Positions 13,504 through 27,360 of a stretch of DNA of 64,000 nt are shown one piece after another. The stretch is taken from the NCBI GenBank assembly GCA_964016885.1, contig OZ024741.1:379378001-379442000 (forward strand). The letters run 5' to 3'. The position numbers and the translations under genes were made by a program. Source of the stretch: Eledone cirrhosa. Taxonomy: Eukaryota. The notes beneath the pieces are model-generated. The model did no database searches. It was not told the DNA's origin and worked only from the letters and a program-made list of their open reading frames with translations. Position 1 is the first letter of the stretch, and each line of letters starts with the position of its first letter.

Positions 13504-16178
13504 CAAACACACAGACACAGAAAACAAGTAATGACAGTAGCACAGAAATCAGAGAAATAAGAGAAAGTAATAGGATTAAAAGGAAAAGGAGATGGGAGAC
13601 TAAGGACAAAGAGAATAACCAAGACGAACACACAGACACACAAAATAGGGTAGATAACAACATTGAGCCAGTGGAAAGAGACAGGAGTAATTATGAGAGA
13701 CATAGAAACAACCATGAGGCTGTTGGTGGAAATAGAAATAGAAACAACACAACTAACAATAATAATAGCACTAGTACACATAAAGCAGCAGCCTGGAACT
13801 CTCCGATTTATAACCCCTCCGATAAATCATTCGACCTACGACGAGTCCACGCCACGACTTTGCCATTTAACAAACGCACGCAGTTGCCGTCGCAGGTCGA
13901 TGAACAAACAGAAGCGCAATTTAGTATAGCTAAATCCGAACTTAGAAATATTATAGAACAGTATAGCAAGAAGCATAATAGAATAGAGGCCCAGCAACTG
14001 GGAGAAGAATCTGCAAATGGCTTGCGTAAGCTCATGCAGCGCTCGCGTAATGGAGAGATAGCATGTTTTCCAACAGACAAGTCTGGCAGAATGTCGGTTG
14101 ACAGCCTGCCAAACTACATCCAGGCAATGCAACCCCACATCACTAACACAAGAGAGGTAACGCCACAGGAGCATGAGGATAGAGAAAAAGCCCTCAATGC
14201 CCATATGGTGATGTGGACGAATATAATGCAGCCCAACAAAAGGACTGCCAACAACTTCCAGGACTGGAACAATGACGTGCCGGCGCTGTATGGGCTTCGA
14301 AAAGACCATAAAACGGGCTGGGACCCTGTCGCGGGACCACCAACACGGCCAGTCTGTGGGGCTAAAATTGCTAGTAACTACAGACTGTCCTACTTCCTCT
14401 CCCTGATCATACGCCCCATCAGTGAGATGTCCCCAGATGTGTGTGACAGCACGGAGGACCTCCTCAGCAGAATCGGCGCGGGTAACCGATCTGGGGACCT
14501 AACAAACTGCATAATAGGCAGTATGGATGTTGTGTCCCTGTATCCATCTATTGACGTGGATTTTGCTGTGGAGAAATGCGTAGAAATGATCAGCGAGAGC
14601 AAGGTTGAGTTCCGTGGGATTGATACCAGTGAGCTGGGACTTCTACTTAAGCTTACCCATAGTAATAGTTACCTAGACACTTATGACCTTAGCAACCTGT
14701 GCCCTACAAGACCAGCAAGAGGCAGACCACCTACCATTACCTCAATGGCCAAGAAAACCCACACAGATAGATGGAACGGGTGGACCAGAGCCATACAGAC
14801 ACCCGAAAACCACGATGAACTGAAGAAAATGATTGCACATGCGGTAGGGGCCAGCATAAAATTAACCCTTAAGGAACATATGTTCAAATTTAATGGTAAA
14901 ACATATGCCCAAGAGGAAGGAGCAGCCATTGGTGTTAGCATTGCAGGCGACATAGCTAACTTATTCATGGTATGGTGGGACAGTAGACTTAAACAAAAAC
15001 TTAATGAACAATTAGAAGACAGCTTAACCCTGATAATGTACTCCCGCTACGTAGATGATATAAACATCGTAGTTAAGACACCCCCACTAAAGAACAGTCA
15101 GGAACTAGAGAAAAACACAATGGAAAGCATCCAGCAAATAGTAAACTCCATCCACCAGAGAATTAGAGTTACTATAGACTACCCAAGTAGACACCCCAAC
15201 CATCGATTACCTGTACTAGACACAGAGCTCTGGTTAGATACCATTAACAACCAAAAACAAATCCTCCATTCCCATTATGCCAACCTCATGACTTCCAAAC
15301 ATCTGATCCACCGAAACTCGGCCATTTCGGACCATACCAAAATCAACATACTGATTGCGGATTTGGTACGGGTGATGAGAAATGTGTCCCGCATGTGCAA
15401 CCCCGAAGAACTAGAGAGACACATACAACACTTCATCCGCCGTATGCAGTTCTCTGGCTACAATCAGAGAGATAGAATCAGAGTGTATAAAGGAGCCAGA
15501 ACCAAATGGGAAAAAATGGTAAATAATGACATAAATGGGACCTGCCCCTTGTATAGGAGCAAGTTTTGGAATAGAATAGAAAGAACTAGGAACAAGGCCA
15601 GTAGAATAAACTCATGGTATGATAGCAATAAATACCAGAGTGTAATGTTCATCAATACAACCCCTAGAGGCGAACTAGCCTACAAATTTAGAAGGGCCCT
15701 AAATAAACATAATCTCAATATTAAGATAGTAGAAATACCTGGTACCTCCGTAAAAACACTTATTAGCAAGACATACCCGTTCCAAAGACCCTCATGTATA
15801 GATAAGAAATGTATAACCTGTAAAATAAGCCCCCATATTAACTGTAAAACTAGAAATGTAGTGTACAGCATAAAATGTACTGAAGGACAATGTAGAAACA
15901 AAAATATAGTGTACATAGGTGAGACAGCTCGTAGTATAGGGGAACGAATAAATGAACACTGGCGAGACCTCCAAGATAATAAAGAATCATCTGTGCTCTA
16001 CCAAAATGCTAAGATAGAACACAGGGGTAGATTAGAGAGCATAGAAATAAAAATAGAATCCACACAGAGAAAAGACGCAATGTTTAGGCAAATTACAGAG
16101 GCAGTAAGCATAAAAGAATTAAAACCAAAATTAAATAGAATATATGAGTGGAACAGCAACATCACAACTTACAATTAA
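13476..16178 (+). CDS. PLE reverse transcriptase + GIY-YIG endonuclease
   Basis: TDKSG, LYGLRKDHK, PTRPV, SMDVVSLYPSI, QEEGAAIG, RYVDD, LPVLD, Cys linker C-x4-C-x2-C, VVYSIKC..YIGETAR..R..EH. Confidence 0.95.
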   Translation: MPLTTTTILTNTQTQKTSNDSSTEIREIRESNRIKRKRRWETKDKENNQDEHTDTQNRVDNNIEPVERDRSNYERHRNNHEAVGGNRNRNNTTNNNNSTSTHKAAAWNSPIYNPSDKSFDLRRVHATTLPFNKRTQLPSQVDEQTEAQFSIAKSELRNIIEQYSKKHNRIEAQQLGEESANGLRKLMQRSRNGEIACFPTDKSGRMSVDSLPNYIQAMQPHITNTREVTPQEHEDREKALNAHMVMWTNIMQPNKRTANNFQDWNNDVPALYGLRKDHKTGWDPVAGPPTRPVCGAKIASNYRLSYFLSLIIRPISEMSPDVCDSTEDLLSRIGAGNRSGDLTNCIIGSMDVVSLYPSIDVDFAVEKCVEMISESKVEFRGIDTSELGLLLKLTHSNSYLDTYDLSNLCPTRPARGRPPTITSMAKKTHTDRWNGWTRAIQTPENHDELKKMIAHAVGASIKLTLKEHMFKFNGKTYAQEEGAAIGVSIAGDIANLFMVWWDSRLKQKLNEQLEDSLTLIMYSRYVDDINIVVKTPPLKNSQELEKNTMESIQQIVNSIHQRIRVTIDYPSRHPNHRLPVLDTELWLDTINNQKQILHSHYANLMTSKHLIHRNSAISDHTKINILIADLVRVMRNVSRMCNPEELERHIQHFIRRMQFSGYNQRDRIRVYKGARTKWEKMVNNDINGTCPLYRSKFWNRIERTRNKASRINSWYDSNKYQSVMFINTTPRGELAYKFRRALNKHNLNIKIVEIPGTSVKTLISKTYPFQRPSCIDKKCITCKISPHINCKTRNVVYSIKCTEGQCRNKNIVYIGETARSIGERINEHWRDLQDNKESSVLYQNAKIEHRGRLESIEIKIESTQRKDAMFRQITEAVSIKELKPKLNRIYEWNSNITTYN

Positions 16179-16475
16179 GGACAAAATGAAAACAGACACA
16201 CACATAGGACAAACAACTTACAATTAAGGACAAAATGAAAACACACACAAAAATGAAAACACACACAGGACAAAATGAAAACACACACACACATAGAACA
16301 AACAACCAACCAACAATAAATAAATAAATAAATAAACAAATAGATAAATGAATACAAACACACACAGACACCCGGATGTGGCGCATGCGCAAACTGAGCC
16401 CACAACACACACACAGAAACAAAATGGCGTAGGATAGAAGAAAGGAAAGGCACAGAAACGAAGAAAGGAATCCCC

Positions 16476-16520
16476 AGTCACTGAAGAGGTCACAGAGTGT
16501 GTGACGAAAGGATTATGACT
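16476..16520 (+). ncRNA. Type I hammerhead in the 3' pLTR
   Basis: AGTCA-CTGAAGA-g GTCAC..GTGAC-GAAA-G ga T-TA-TGACT. Confidence 0.78.
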
Positions 16521-16678
16521 ATATATAAACAACTATCTGGTTGTGGAACCAACCAACCAACCAGAAATTTCTAGGTTTGTAAATTTGTAAATTTATAAAT
16601 TTATAAATATATAATAAATTGAAGTGAAAGCAACTGGTGCGTGTGATTCTTATTGGCAACATGACCCTCCCAAAGTAT

Positions 16679-17343
<665 letters not shown>

Positions 17344-17353
17344 AACAAGTAAG

Positions 17354-17448
17354 ACCCCGACGGCTGAGCTCAAGCCGTTTCGACGGCTAATTCTGTACTG
17401 AATGAAAATTTATTCTGGTATTTAAATAGCCGAGCTTATCAAGGGGTA
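17354..17448 (-). ncRNA. Hammerhead with U3-A8 core
   Basis: Reverse complement of 18423-18516. Confidence 0.75.
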
Positions 17449-18422
17449 ATTCCATATATGGTCAAAGAGATAATCACCAGGATTGGTGACATCACAAGTT
17501 GTAGTAAATCTCTGATGGCAAATTGGTGGGGGAAGGGGTAGCTAAACCTGCCGGTAGGAGTAAAAGGGAGAGGGGGTGGAGTAGACCCATTCATGCGTTG
17601 GTAGTGCCAGCTACAGCTGGGCGTGAGGTCAAAGAGGATACTGGGGAGTGGGAGGGGGAAGAGGTCGAAACGGTAAGTAGAACAATGATGGGTAAAACTA
17701 TAAAAGGTACTTTACTTTTACTTCGTACGATCTTTCATGTAGCTTGTATAAGACTTTTTGTTTCGTGGCAGTACCCTTAGAGTTAGCACTAGTATTTTTT
17801 TGCGGGACCCTGAACTATATTCTCGTACTAGTTTACTTTCTTTCACTGGGTGGTTACTGGCCCTGTGATTGGGGTAGAAGCCTTTAATATTTCGTTAGTC
17901 TCTTTAGTATTTGGGCCCCCCTTTGTTGACCAGTCACCGTACGATACACGCACTTATACCTCGTATAAGGGTCCCTTTATTTCCGTCCCACCTAGTTTAT
18001 TTTTATTATTATTATTTTTTTATTTTTTTTTATTTATTTATCTATTCTTTTATTCACTTATTTGTTTATTTATTTATTTATGTATTTCTTTAGCCTAGCA
18101 ATAGCGAGAGACTTAAGTCTTAGTAACCAGACTTTGCTTATTTTTTTTTTCTCTCTCACTACCTTTTATAGTTTTACCCTTCATTGTTCTACTTACCGTT
18201 TCGACCTCCTCCCCCTGCCACTCCCCAGTATCCTCTTTGACCTCACGCCCAGCTGTAGCTAGCACTACCAACGCATGAATGGGTCTACTCCACCCCCTCT
18301 CCCTTTTTCTCCTACCGGCAGGTTTAGCTACCCCTTCCCCCACCAATTTGCCATCACAGATTTACTACTAACTTGTGATGTGACCAATCCTGGTGATCAT
18401 CTCTTTGACCATATATGGAATT

Positions 18423-18516
18423 ACCCCTTGATAAGCTCGGCTATTTAAATACCAGAATAAATTTTCATTCAGTACAGAATTAGCCGTCGAAACGGCTTGA
18501 GCTCAGCCGTCGGGGT
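18423..18516 (+). ncRNA. Hammerhead with U3-A8 core
   Basis: ACCCC-TTGATAA-G ct CGGCTA...TAGCCG t C-GAAA-CGGCT tgagctc AGCCG-TC-GGGGT: full stem III, GUC site. Confidence 0.78.
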
Positions 18517-18608
18517 CTTACTTGTTCCTATTACCCACTCAACTACCCTAAGTATTGAGTACTTTGGTGCGTTATGGTCCACCTGGTTCCTTACCACATT
18601 TCCTTCGT

Positions 18609-18667
<59 letters not shown>

Positions 18668-19028
18668 ATATATATATACATATTTATATTTTCAATTTCT
18701 GCTTGACCGGCAACCTCTCTGTATAATCACTTCCTGATTTTTATTAAAAATTGTATAAGAATCAAACATTCATGATGTTCAGCAAACAGGTGGTGTACTT
18801 GGCTTCGATAAGTATTAATCAGTACGAAACATAGCTCTGTCAGCTTTATCTGCCCTGTTTGCTGAAAATTTAATGTAAGTAAGACTGTCACTAATCTAAA
18901 ACAATAGCGTAAGTTCTTCGAAATGCTATTAATTAAGCATACAGTTATTGCAAAAGACACTATATATACATTCATATATATATAGTTTTGCCAGGTTTTT
19001 TATATGAAATCGGGTGTCGACATAAATA

Positions 19029-19597
<569 letters not shown>

Positions 19598-19659
19598 CTG
19601 CTAATGAATAACTCCTCCCTGTGCATTACCGCTGCTAGACTATGTTGACTTTGTTGCTG

Positions 19660-20565
19660 TAGATAGATGTAGTCTGTTGTAGTGTAGTATTGTAGTATTC
19701 AATGGTTTGGTGAAGTTTAATGCGGTGTGGTTGTGGTGTGTTGTAGAGAGGTGTGGTGTGAGGTGATGCGGTGTGGTGTGGTATGCAGTGGTTGGTGTGG
19801 AGTAATATAGTGCAGCTTGGTGTGGTGTGGTGTATTGTGGGGAGATGTAGTGAGATATCGTGTAGTGTAGTGTAGTGTAGGGTGATGAGGTGTAGTGTAG
19901 AGTGGTGTGGTGTGTTGTGGTGTGGTGTAGTATATTGTATTGTATTGCGGTGTAGTGTGGTTTTGAGTGGTGTACAGTGGTGTAGTGTAATCCGATGTGA
20001 CAGTACGTGGTTAGGGGTGATGTGGTGTGGTGTGCTATGATGTGGTGTAGTGTAGTGTGGTATGGTGTTTCGTGGTATGGTGCATTGCAGTTTGATTAAG
20101 TGTAGTGTAGTGTCGTATAGTGTGTTGTATTGAAGTGTTGTGAGGCGTGAGGTGTTGTGTAGTGGGATGTAGTGTGGTATAGTGTGTTGTATAGAAGTGT
20201 TGTGAGGCGTGAGCTTTTGTTGTGTAGTGGGCTGTAGTGTGGTATGGTGTGTTGTATAGAAGTGCTGTGAGGCGTGAGGTGTTGTGTAGTGGGGTGTAGT
20301 GTTGTATAGTGTGTTGTATTGAAGTGTTGTGAGGCGTGAGGTGTTGTTGTGTAGTGGGCTGTAGTGTGGTATAGTGTGTTGTATAGAAGTGTTGTGAGGC
20401 ATGAGGTGTTGTTGTGTAGTGGGATGTAGTGTGGTATAGTGTGTTGTATAGAAGTATTATGAGGCGTGAGGTGTTGTTGTGTAGTAGGGTGTAGGGTGGT
20501 ATAGTGTGTTGTATAGAAGTGTTATGAGGCGTGAGGTGTGTTGTAGAGTGGGATGTAGTGTGGTA
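19660..20565. repeat. Degenerate (GTGTA/GTGTG)n pentamer satellite grading into a ~60-bp minisatellite
   Basis: GT-rich strand with repeated GTATAGAAGTGTTGTGAGGCGTGAGGTGTTG. Confidence 0.9.
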
Positions 20566-20935
20566 TTTCGTAAAATAACCCTGATCTGCAGGTGCTTAGC
20601 TTATATTTATGCTGTGACTGTCTTCTTACTTGTATTCCCCAGCCCTACCATATAATAACCATATTGTACATGTGTAAGGCTTGTGCTTTTGTGATACCGT
20701 CCTATATACTTGTGAGCACCCATTGCTTTTGTGATACCGTCCTATATACTTCGGAGCACAAATTGGAAACTTAGTTCGGGTACCTACCAATATACCTTGT
20801 GTATGTATATCATCGAGGTGATTCGGATTGCTGTGGTCTTTTGACTTTGTACCCTTAAATCTTTTAAACTTTTAATTTTATTATATTATTATATTATTTT
20901 ATTATCTTATATCTTTTATTATTTTAGTATTTCAT

Positions 20936-21051
20936 TGGTGGATTTGCAGTATCGGTAGAGGGTCGGACGCCATGCTTTGCAGCAAAGAGTTGCGGCCCGT
21001 GCCATTCTGAGTTCAAATCCCGCCGAGGTTAACTTTGCCTTTCATCCTTAC
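20936..21051 (+). mobile_element. SINE 5' half (tRNA-like head)
   Basis: A-box-like TGCAGTATCGGTAG and B-box GAGTTCAAATCCC. Confidence 0.75.
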
Positions 21052-21319
21052 CTGATCTGCAGGTGCTTAGCTTATTTTTATGCTGTCACAGAAGACAGTC
21101 ACAGCATAAAAACAAGTAACATTACCTTGAGTGCTCTCCCTAATATTGCATCGAGGTTGACCATACGGAATGACAAGTTCTACCCAGTGGGGAACTAACA
21201 AACCTAAATAAATAAATATATATATAGTAATAATAATAAATGCGAAGTCTAAAATCCAAGGATAAATATATATCAGATATATAAGAACCCTAGAGCAAAT
21301 ATATATATAGAGAGAGAGC

Positions 21320-21365
<46 letters not shown>

Positions 21366-21716
21366 GGGAGGGGTGCATATATGGCCCCGTAACTCCAGAT
21401 AGGATCGTAATGGCACCGTATTGAGATGCGGAGTTTCATGCGTATTTTAAGCCTGGCAGAACCCCAAACTCTTCAGACATGAGTGGAGCAGCTTTTCCCA
21501 GAGAAAGATAGTTGAGAGAGAAGAAATCAGAGAGAGAGAGATATAGGGACAGAATCTACACAGAACTAGACAGGCAATGTTTATTCGACCTCGAAAGGAT
21601 TAAGGGCAAAGTTGACCTTGGCGGGCTTTGTACAGAGAGAGCAGACAGCTGGAACAAATAACATAAAGGATTCTATCCGACGTTTTCAAGATTCTGTTAA
21701 TAATAATAATAATAAT

Positions 21717-21757
<41 letters not shown>

Positions 21758-21894
21758 TTCACTACAGATTTGTTTTTGTATACATGTATGTATATATATA
21801 TATATATATATATAGTAATAATAATAAATTTGAAGACTAAAATCCAATACATATATATATATTATGTATGTATATATATACCTAATTTATATAC

Positions 21895-21949
<55 letters not shown>

Positions 21950-21950
<1 letters not shown>

Positions 21951-24109
21951 TATAAAATAACAGATTAAAGTTTAAGCAAAGAATCGCTGCTTTCACCCTT
22001 AACGGGATCTTCTGGAACTAACAAAGTCAATCTGTAAACGCAGGAGTGGATATTTCAAAAAACGTTGCAACCGGAGGAAGACGGGAAGACGATACTTTGG
22101 TTCATGGAAACGTTCCCTGGCAAAGAACGGAAAAAAACGAATATAATACGTCATTTATAGGAGCGGTGAAAAACAATTACACGCAAAGAAAGAACCACGT
22201 TTATGGTATAAAAGAGCTCGTAAACTAATGTTCTCTTGGGTGGTTCATAGAGACGTTCTCTGTCAATGAACGAAAAAAACGTAGATAATACTTTATATGT
22301 GGATCGTGGAGACCAATTGCACGCAAAGACAAAACCACGTAAATGGTATAGCAGAAGTCGTAGACTAAAATTCTAACTTGGAGACCGAATGAATCTCCGC
22401 TTCAGAGTTAAGAATAAGGTAAATAAATACAGTACAGAGGTAATAGAAATTAAATAAATACCTACGCGCATACAAATACGTACATACACAAGCATAACCG
22501 AAAACAATTATCATAGTTATACAAAACCACGCACATATAAATATGTATGTGTGTGTGTATACAAATAAATAAATAATTAAATAAACGTATATAAATAAAT
22601 AAATACGTATATAACAAGCGCACACACATACCTACATGTAAATACACAAATGTTTGGAGACGTAATGTCAACCAAAACATGAAGTACACATATACACACA
22701 CCCTTCATACGTACGAACCTGCATACTCACACAGACGCAAAACTCCCGTATACACATAACTAAATAAATATGTACCAGAATATATAAAAGTATACGCCAT
22801 AACATATACAATCAAATATACGTACGACAAAGTATACATACCTTCACAAAACATACAGGTAATATATACTTACCTATGCAAATAAGTAATGGTATAAACA
22901 AAACATATACATAGCTACCACATCAAGACGTAAATATCCACGTAAAGATCGTACTATCCGTAAGGGTATGACGTGGGGCTGTAATACAGGAAGGTTTTGT
23001 GCAATTTATGTTTACAAGCCGAAATTGCGTCAGAGTTTTTGTTTAACATATGGTCTGTGGCGTAGAGTATTACCAGGGCCTCAGCGGCTCAGAGGTCACA
23101 TGGTCTTTTATTTCCGTTATACGATCTAGCCCTAGCTAGGATCTCACAGTGTAACTTATATTGGGTGTGGTTGTCTTTTAGACTCCAGATATAAGGTGAA
23201 AGTGACGTCACTTTCCTTCTTACAGTGTAACGAAAAGAATATGTATGCATGTAAAGACGTTGCTTGAATCTATTGGCGGTTGACCCTATGTAGGCCCTAC
23301 GGGACGTGAGTGTTTCAACGTTACAACTGTAGACAATGTTACTAGAGAGGCATTTCCCGTATAGGGGCCAATCAACCCGATTCCTACAATTACAGTTAGC
23401 ACTAACTACAGGGTTGCCAATGTTCCTACGGCTAGGTAGTTTAACTAAATTTGAAGGTGTGATGTTCTGTGCAAGGTTAGGAGTCGTAGAGTAAGTAATT
23501 GTAATAGTATTTCTATTAAAAATGTTACTATATTTATGTGTAGGGGGAAAATGCTTAGTAATAAGGGAAAGAAAGATCTTAGATTCATTCGCTCTCCTAG
23601 TCAGAATTTTAGTCTACGACTTCTGCTATACCATTTACGTGGTTTTGTCTTTGCGTGCAATTGTTTTCCACGCTCCACATATGACGTATTATCTTCGTTT
23701 TTTTTCGTTTATTGCCAGAGAACGTCTCTATGAACCACCTAAGAGAACATTAGTCTACGACCTCTTTTATACCATCAGCCTTGGTTCTGTCTTTGCGCGT
23801 AATTGTTTTTCACCGCTCCTATTAATGACGTATTATATTCGTTTTTTACCGTTCTTTGCCAGGGAACGTTTCCACGAACCAAAGTATCGTCTTCCCGTCT
23901 TCCTCCCGTTGCAACGTTTTTTGAAATATCCACTTCTGCGTTTACAGATTGACTTTGTTAGTTTCAGAAGATCCCGTTAAGGGTGAAAGCAGCGATTCTT
24001 TGCTTACATTTTAATCTGTTATTTTAATAAATATTTGCTCTACGGTTCTTATATATTTGATATATATCTATGCTTAACTTTGGATTTTAGTCGTCAAATG
24101 TATTATTAT

Positions 24110-24110
<1 letters not shown>
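21950..24110 (-). mobile_element. 5'-truncated Naiad-type PLE with inverted 5' pLTR
   Basis: Decayed GIY-YIG at 22945-23575 is homologous to 39117-39730; 23590-24030 is the reverse complement of 21950-22385; (TA)n on both flanks. Confidence 0.85.
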
Positions 24111-24166
<56 letters not shown>

Positions 24167-24189
24167 TACATACATATATATATATATAT

Positions 24190-24257
<68 letters not shown>

Positions 24258-24537
24258 CTGACTCTTGCTTGACCGGCAATCACTCCCTGTAATCAGCTCC
24301 TAATTATTATTGTAATTCTATAAGAATACTACTTCTATAATATTCGGCAAAGGCAGGTGTGTTCGTGGCTTTGATAAACGCCAACCAGCGAGAAATAGCT
24401 GCCAGCCTCTCTCCAAGATGTTACCGAAACTAAGTAAGTGACATAGTTACTACTTTCAAACAGATAGCGAATGGTCTTCTAAATTTTTTAAATTAAGCAC
24501 ACGGTATATTAACAAATATACTATATATACATTCATA

Positions 24538-24915
<378 letters not shown>

Positions 24916-25020
24916 TATTTGAAAAATCGAAACAAGATATTTTTGCGAGCAATGGATCTTGATGTAGATTTAACCCCCAAAACTCTTTCCGAACTATATA
25001 TGGAACACTTGTGATTATTT

Positions 25021-25061
25021 ATGCCCTTGTGAAGCCCAACTGGGCGAAACGTACGTAGGTG
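25021..25061 (+). ncRNA. Hammerhead-like motif, U3-A8 core with A6U
   Basis: gcCC-TTGTGAA-GCCCA ac TGGGC-GAAA-CGTACG-TA-GG; palindromic stem III. Confidence 0.55.
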
Positions 25062-25285
25062 ATATTTTAAATAAACATGTTTTAACGGTCTATTCTCCGA
25101 TTTTTACTTTCCCACGTGCTTACGCTCTGCTAACTCTCTAGCCCACTAAATATTAACACTTCGAATATTTAATACTGCCGGCACTAGTATCGAGCACCTT
25201 TGGCATACGCTACTTGGCAAATAACTATATGTATCACCTATCCCCCCTTTTTTTCTCTTTCTCGATACGTAAATACTATATATAT

Positions 25286-25654
<369 letters not shown>

Positions 25655-26864
25655 CCATACACATACAGTAACTATTTTACACGATATTGCAACTAGTTAA
25701 CTCTAATACTGAATTTCAATCATTATTAGTTTGCCTTTCATCCTTACAGGGTCGATAAAATAAAGTACCACAGGGATAATTGCTGGCCTTGTGCCAATAA
25801 GAGAATCAATTATTACTTAATTCTTACAAACATTAATTAACCACACATTATTTCGCATTGGGCATGTAATTACCATCATTATTATGGACAGCATTGCATT
25901 TCATATTCAGCAAGTACACATTTTCAGGAACTATATTAACTTTTGCGTTTTAATTAATGCATCAGGAGGAGCCTAACATTAAAACTATCAAAGATTTTTC
26001 ATTGATGAAATATGAACGCAAGTTGTTTGAAATCTCATAACATATGCCATAGAAAATCAATATTTTTTTCAGACGTGATACGTTACCAAACCTAACATGC
26101 ACCCACTGATCTCGGGGAAACCAATTTTGAATTGATATTCAAATAGCTCTAATGCACTTAATATGCCCATATATTCTTCCTTATGTTATATCAATCTCTG
26201 ATCCTTCGGCATATAAGTGTGAAATCAATGTACTCTAACAGAGGTGAGAGACCGAAGGATACACCATACTATACATTCATCACCGGATCAATGAATAGCA
26301 AATTTGAATACACCGAGTGTTAAACTCAGAGTGTTGAATTACATAACAAACGCATTCTTTTTCAACGTGAATAGAAAAATAAATAAAGACTTTGCTTCTA
26401 AACACCAGTTATATTACATGTAATTCTAATGGTTTTTATTAGCTCTTTGCAAGTGCACACTTGATATGTACAAATAGCATCAATAGGGTGGATAAAAAAA
26501 CATATACGATATGTTTTTCAAATTTAAGTGCAGATGGGCTTCACTATAAAATAAAGCTATTTTTCACTATGGGGGAAGCCTGCACAATGCATCTTACATG
26601 TAAAAGGAATTCCACTGAAGTACAGAATCTCAAATTTCCCGGGTCCATGTTCACGAGTGATAGAAGCCAGGAGGCTGAATTAATTTAATGCAAGGAGCTG
26701 GTGCATTAATGCACCGGCTTCAGATTGCAGTCATCAGAAGTAAAAAGGGTAGGCGTAAAAGCCAATCTCGCTATCGGGTATTCGTGCCAATTCTTAACTA
26801 TGGTCATTAATCTCTGGTAATGAACGGAAGATTATGATCACGAATATAAACGGACAAAATGTGT

Positions 26865-27218
26865 TCCTCCGAAGGGTCTTTGGAGTAACGTTGCTCTATA
26901 GAGTGCGTAACTCGGAGTTCAGAGAATCGCATCTGGACGAGCAGTTTCACCGAGTTGGGATATCATAGCTCTGACACTATGGACATGTGGTTAGAATGTC
27001 TCAGGAAAGAATCACTAAACAGTTGTTACGGGCAAAACCAACCGGCAGGAGTCCCAATGGTAGACCACTAGCATGATGGCCGGAACAACTGGAGATCGTT
27101 TCTACTTACAGAGCCCGCTGGAAGACGTGTTTGAGTACACTGCCCATTCACCCCAGTCCCTCTCTCTCTCACTCTCTCCGCCATGCAGAAGAAGAAGAAG
27201 AAGAAGAAGAAGAAGAAG

Positions 27219-27250
<32 letters not shown>

Positions 27251-27293
27251 CATTAACAAGAACAAGAAGAAGAAGAACAAGAAAAAGAACAAA

Positions 27294-27357
<64 letters not shown>

Positions 27358-27360
27358 TAT
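26865..27360 (+). mobile_element. RTE-like LINE 3' remnant with (GAA)n and (TAG)n tail
   Basis: YGHVVRMSQERITKQLLRAKPTGRSPNGRP resembles RTE C-termini; related copies at 34165-34520 (+) and 58157-58500 (-). Confidence 0.55.

Larger units (their letters stand above)
10931..16683 (+). mobile_element. Penelope-like element: inverted pLTR + partial tandem copy + full ORF + 3' pLTR
   Basis: Inverted arms ~10931-11165 and 11185-11400; 11460-12410 repeats 15723-16683; (TA)n on both flanks. Confidence 0.92.

Noticed and set aside
19635-20402. 255-aa His/Thr-rich ORF
   Set aside because: Stop-free reading of a pentamer satellite strand
20945-21025. tRNA gene
   Set aside because: A and B boxes are present but there is no cloverleaf, and it continues into the SINE body
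25820-26860. Possible host exons in the apparently unique stretches here and at 55900-56800
   Set aside because: No recognisable protein motif or supportable splice structure by eye; small exons cannot be excluded
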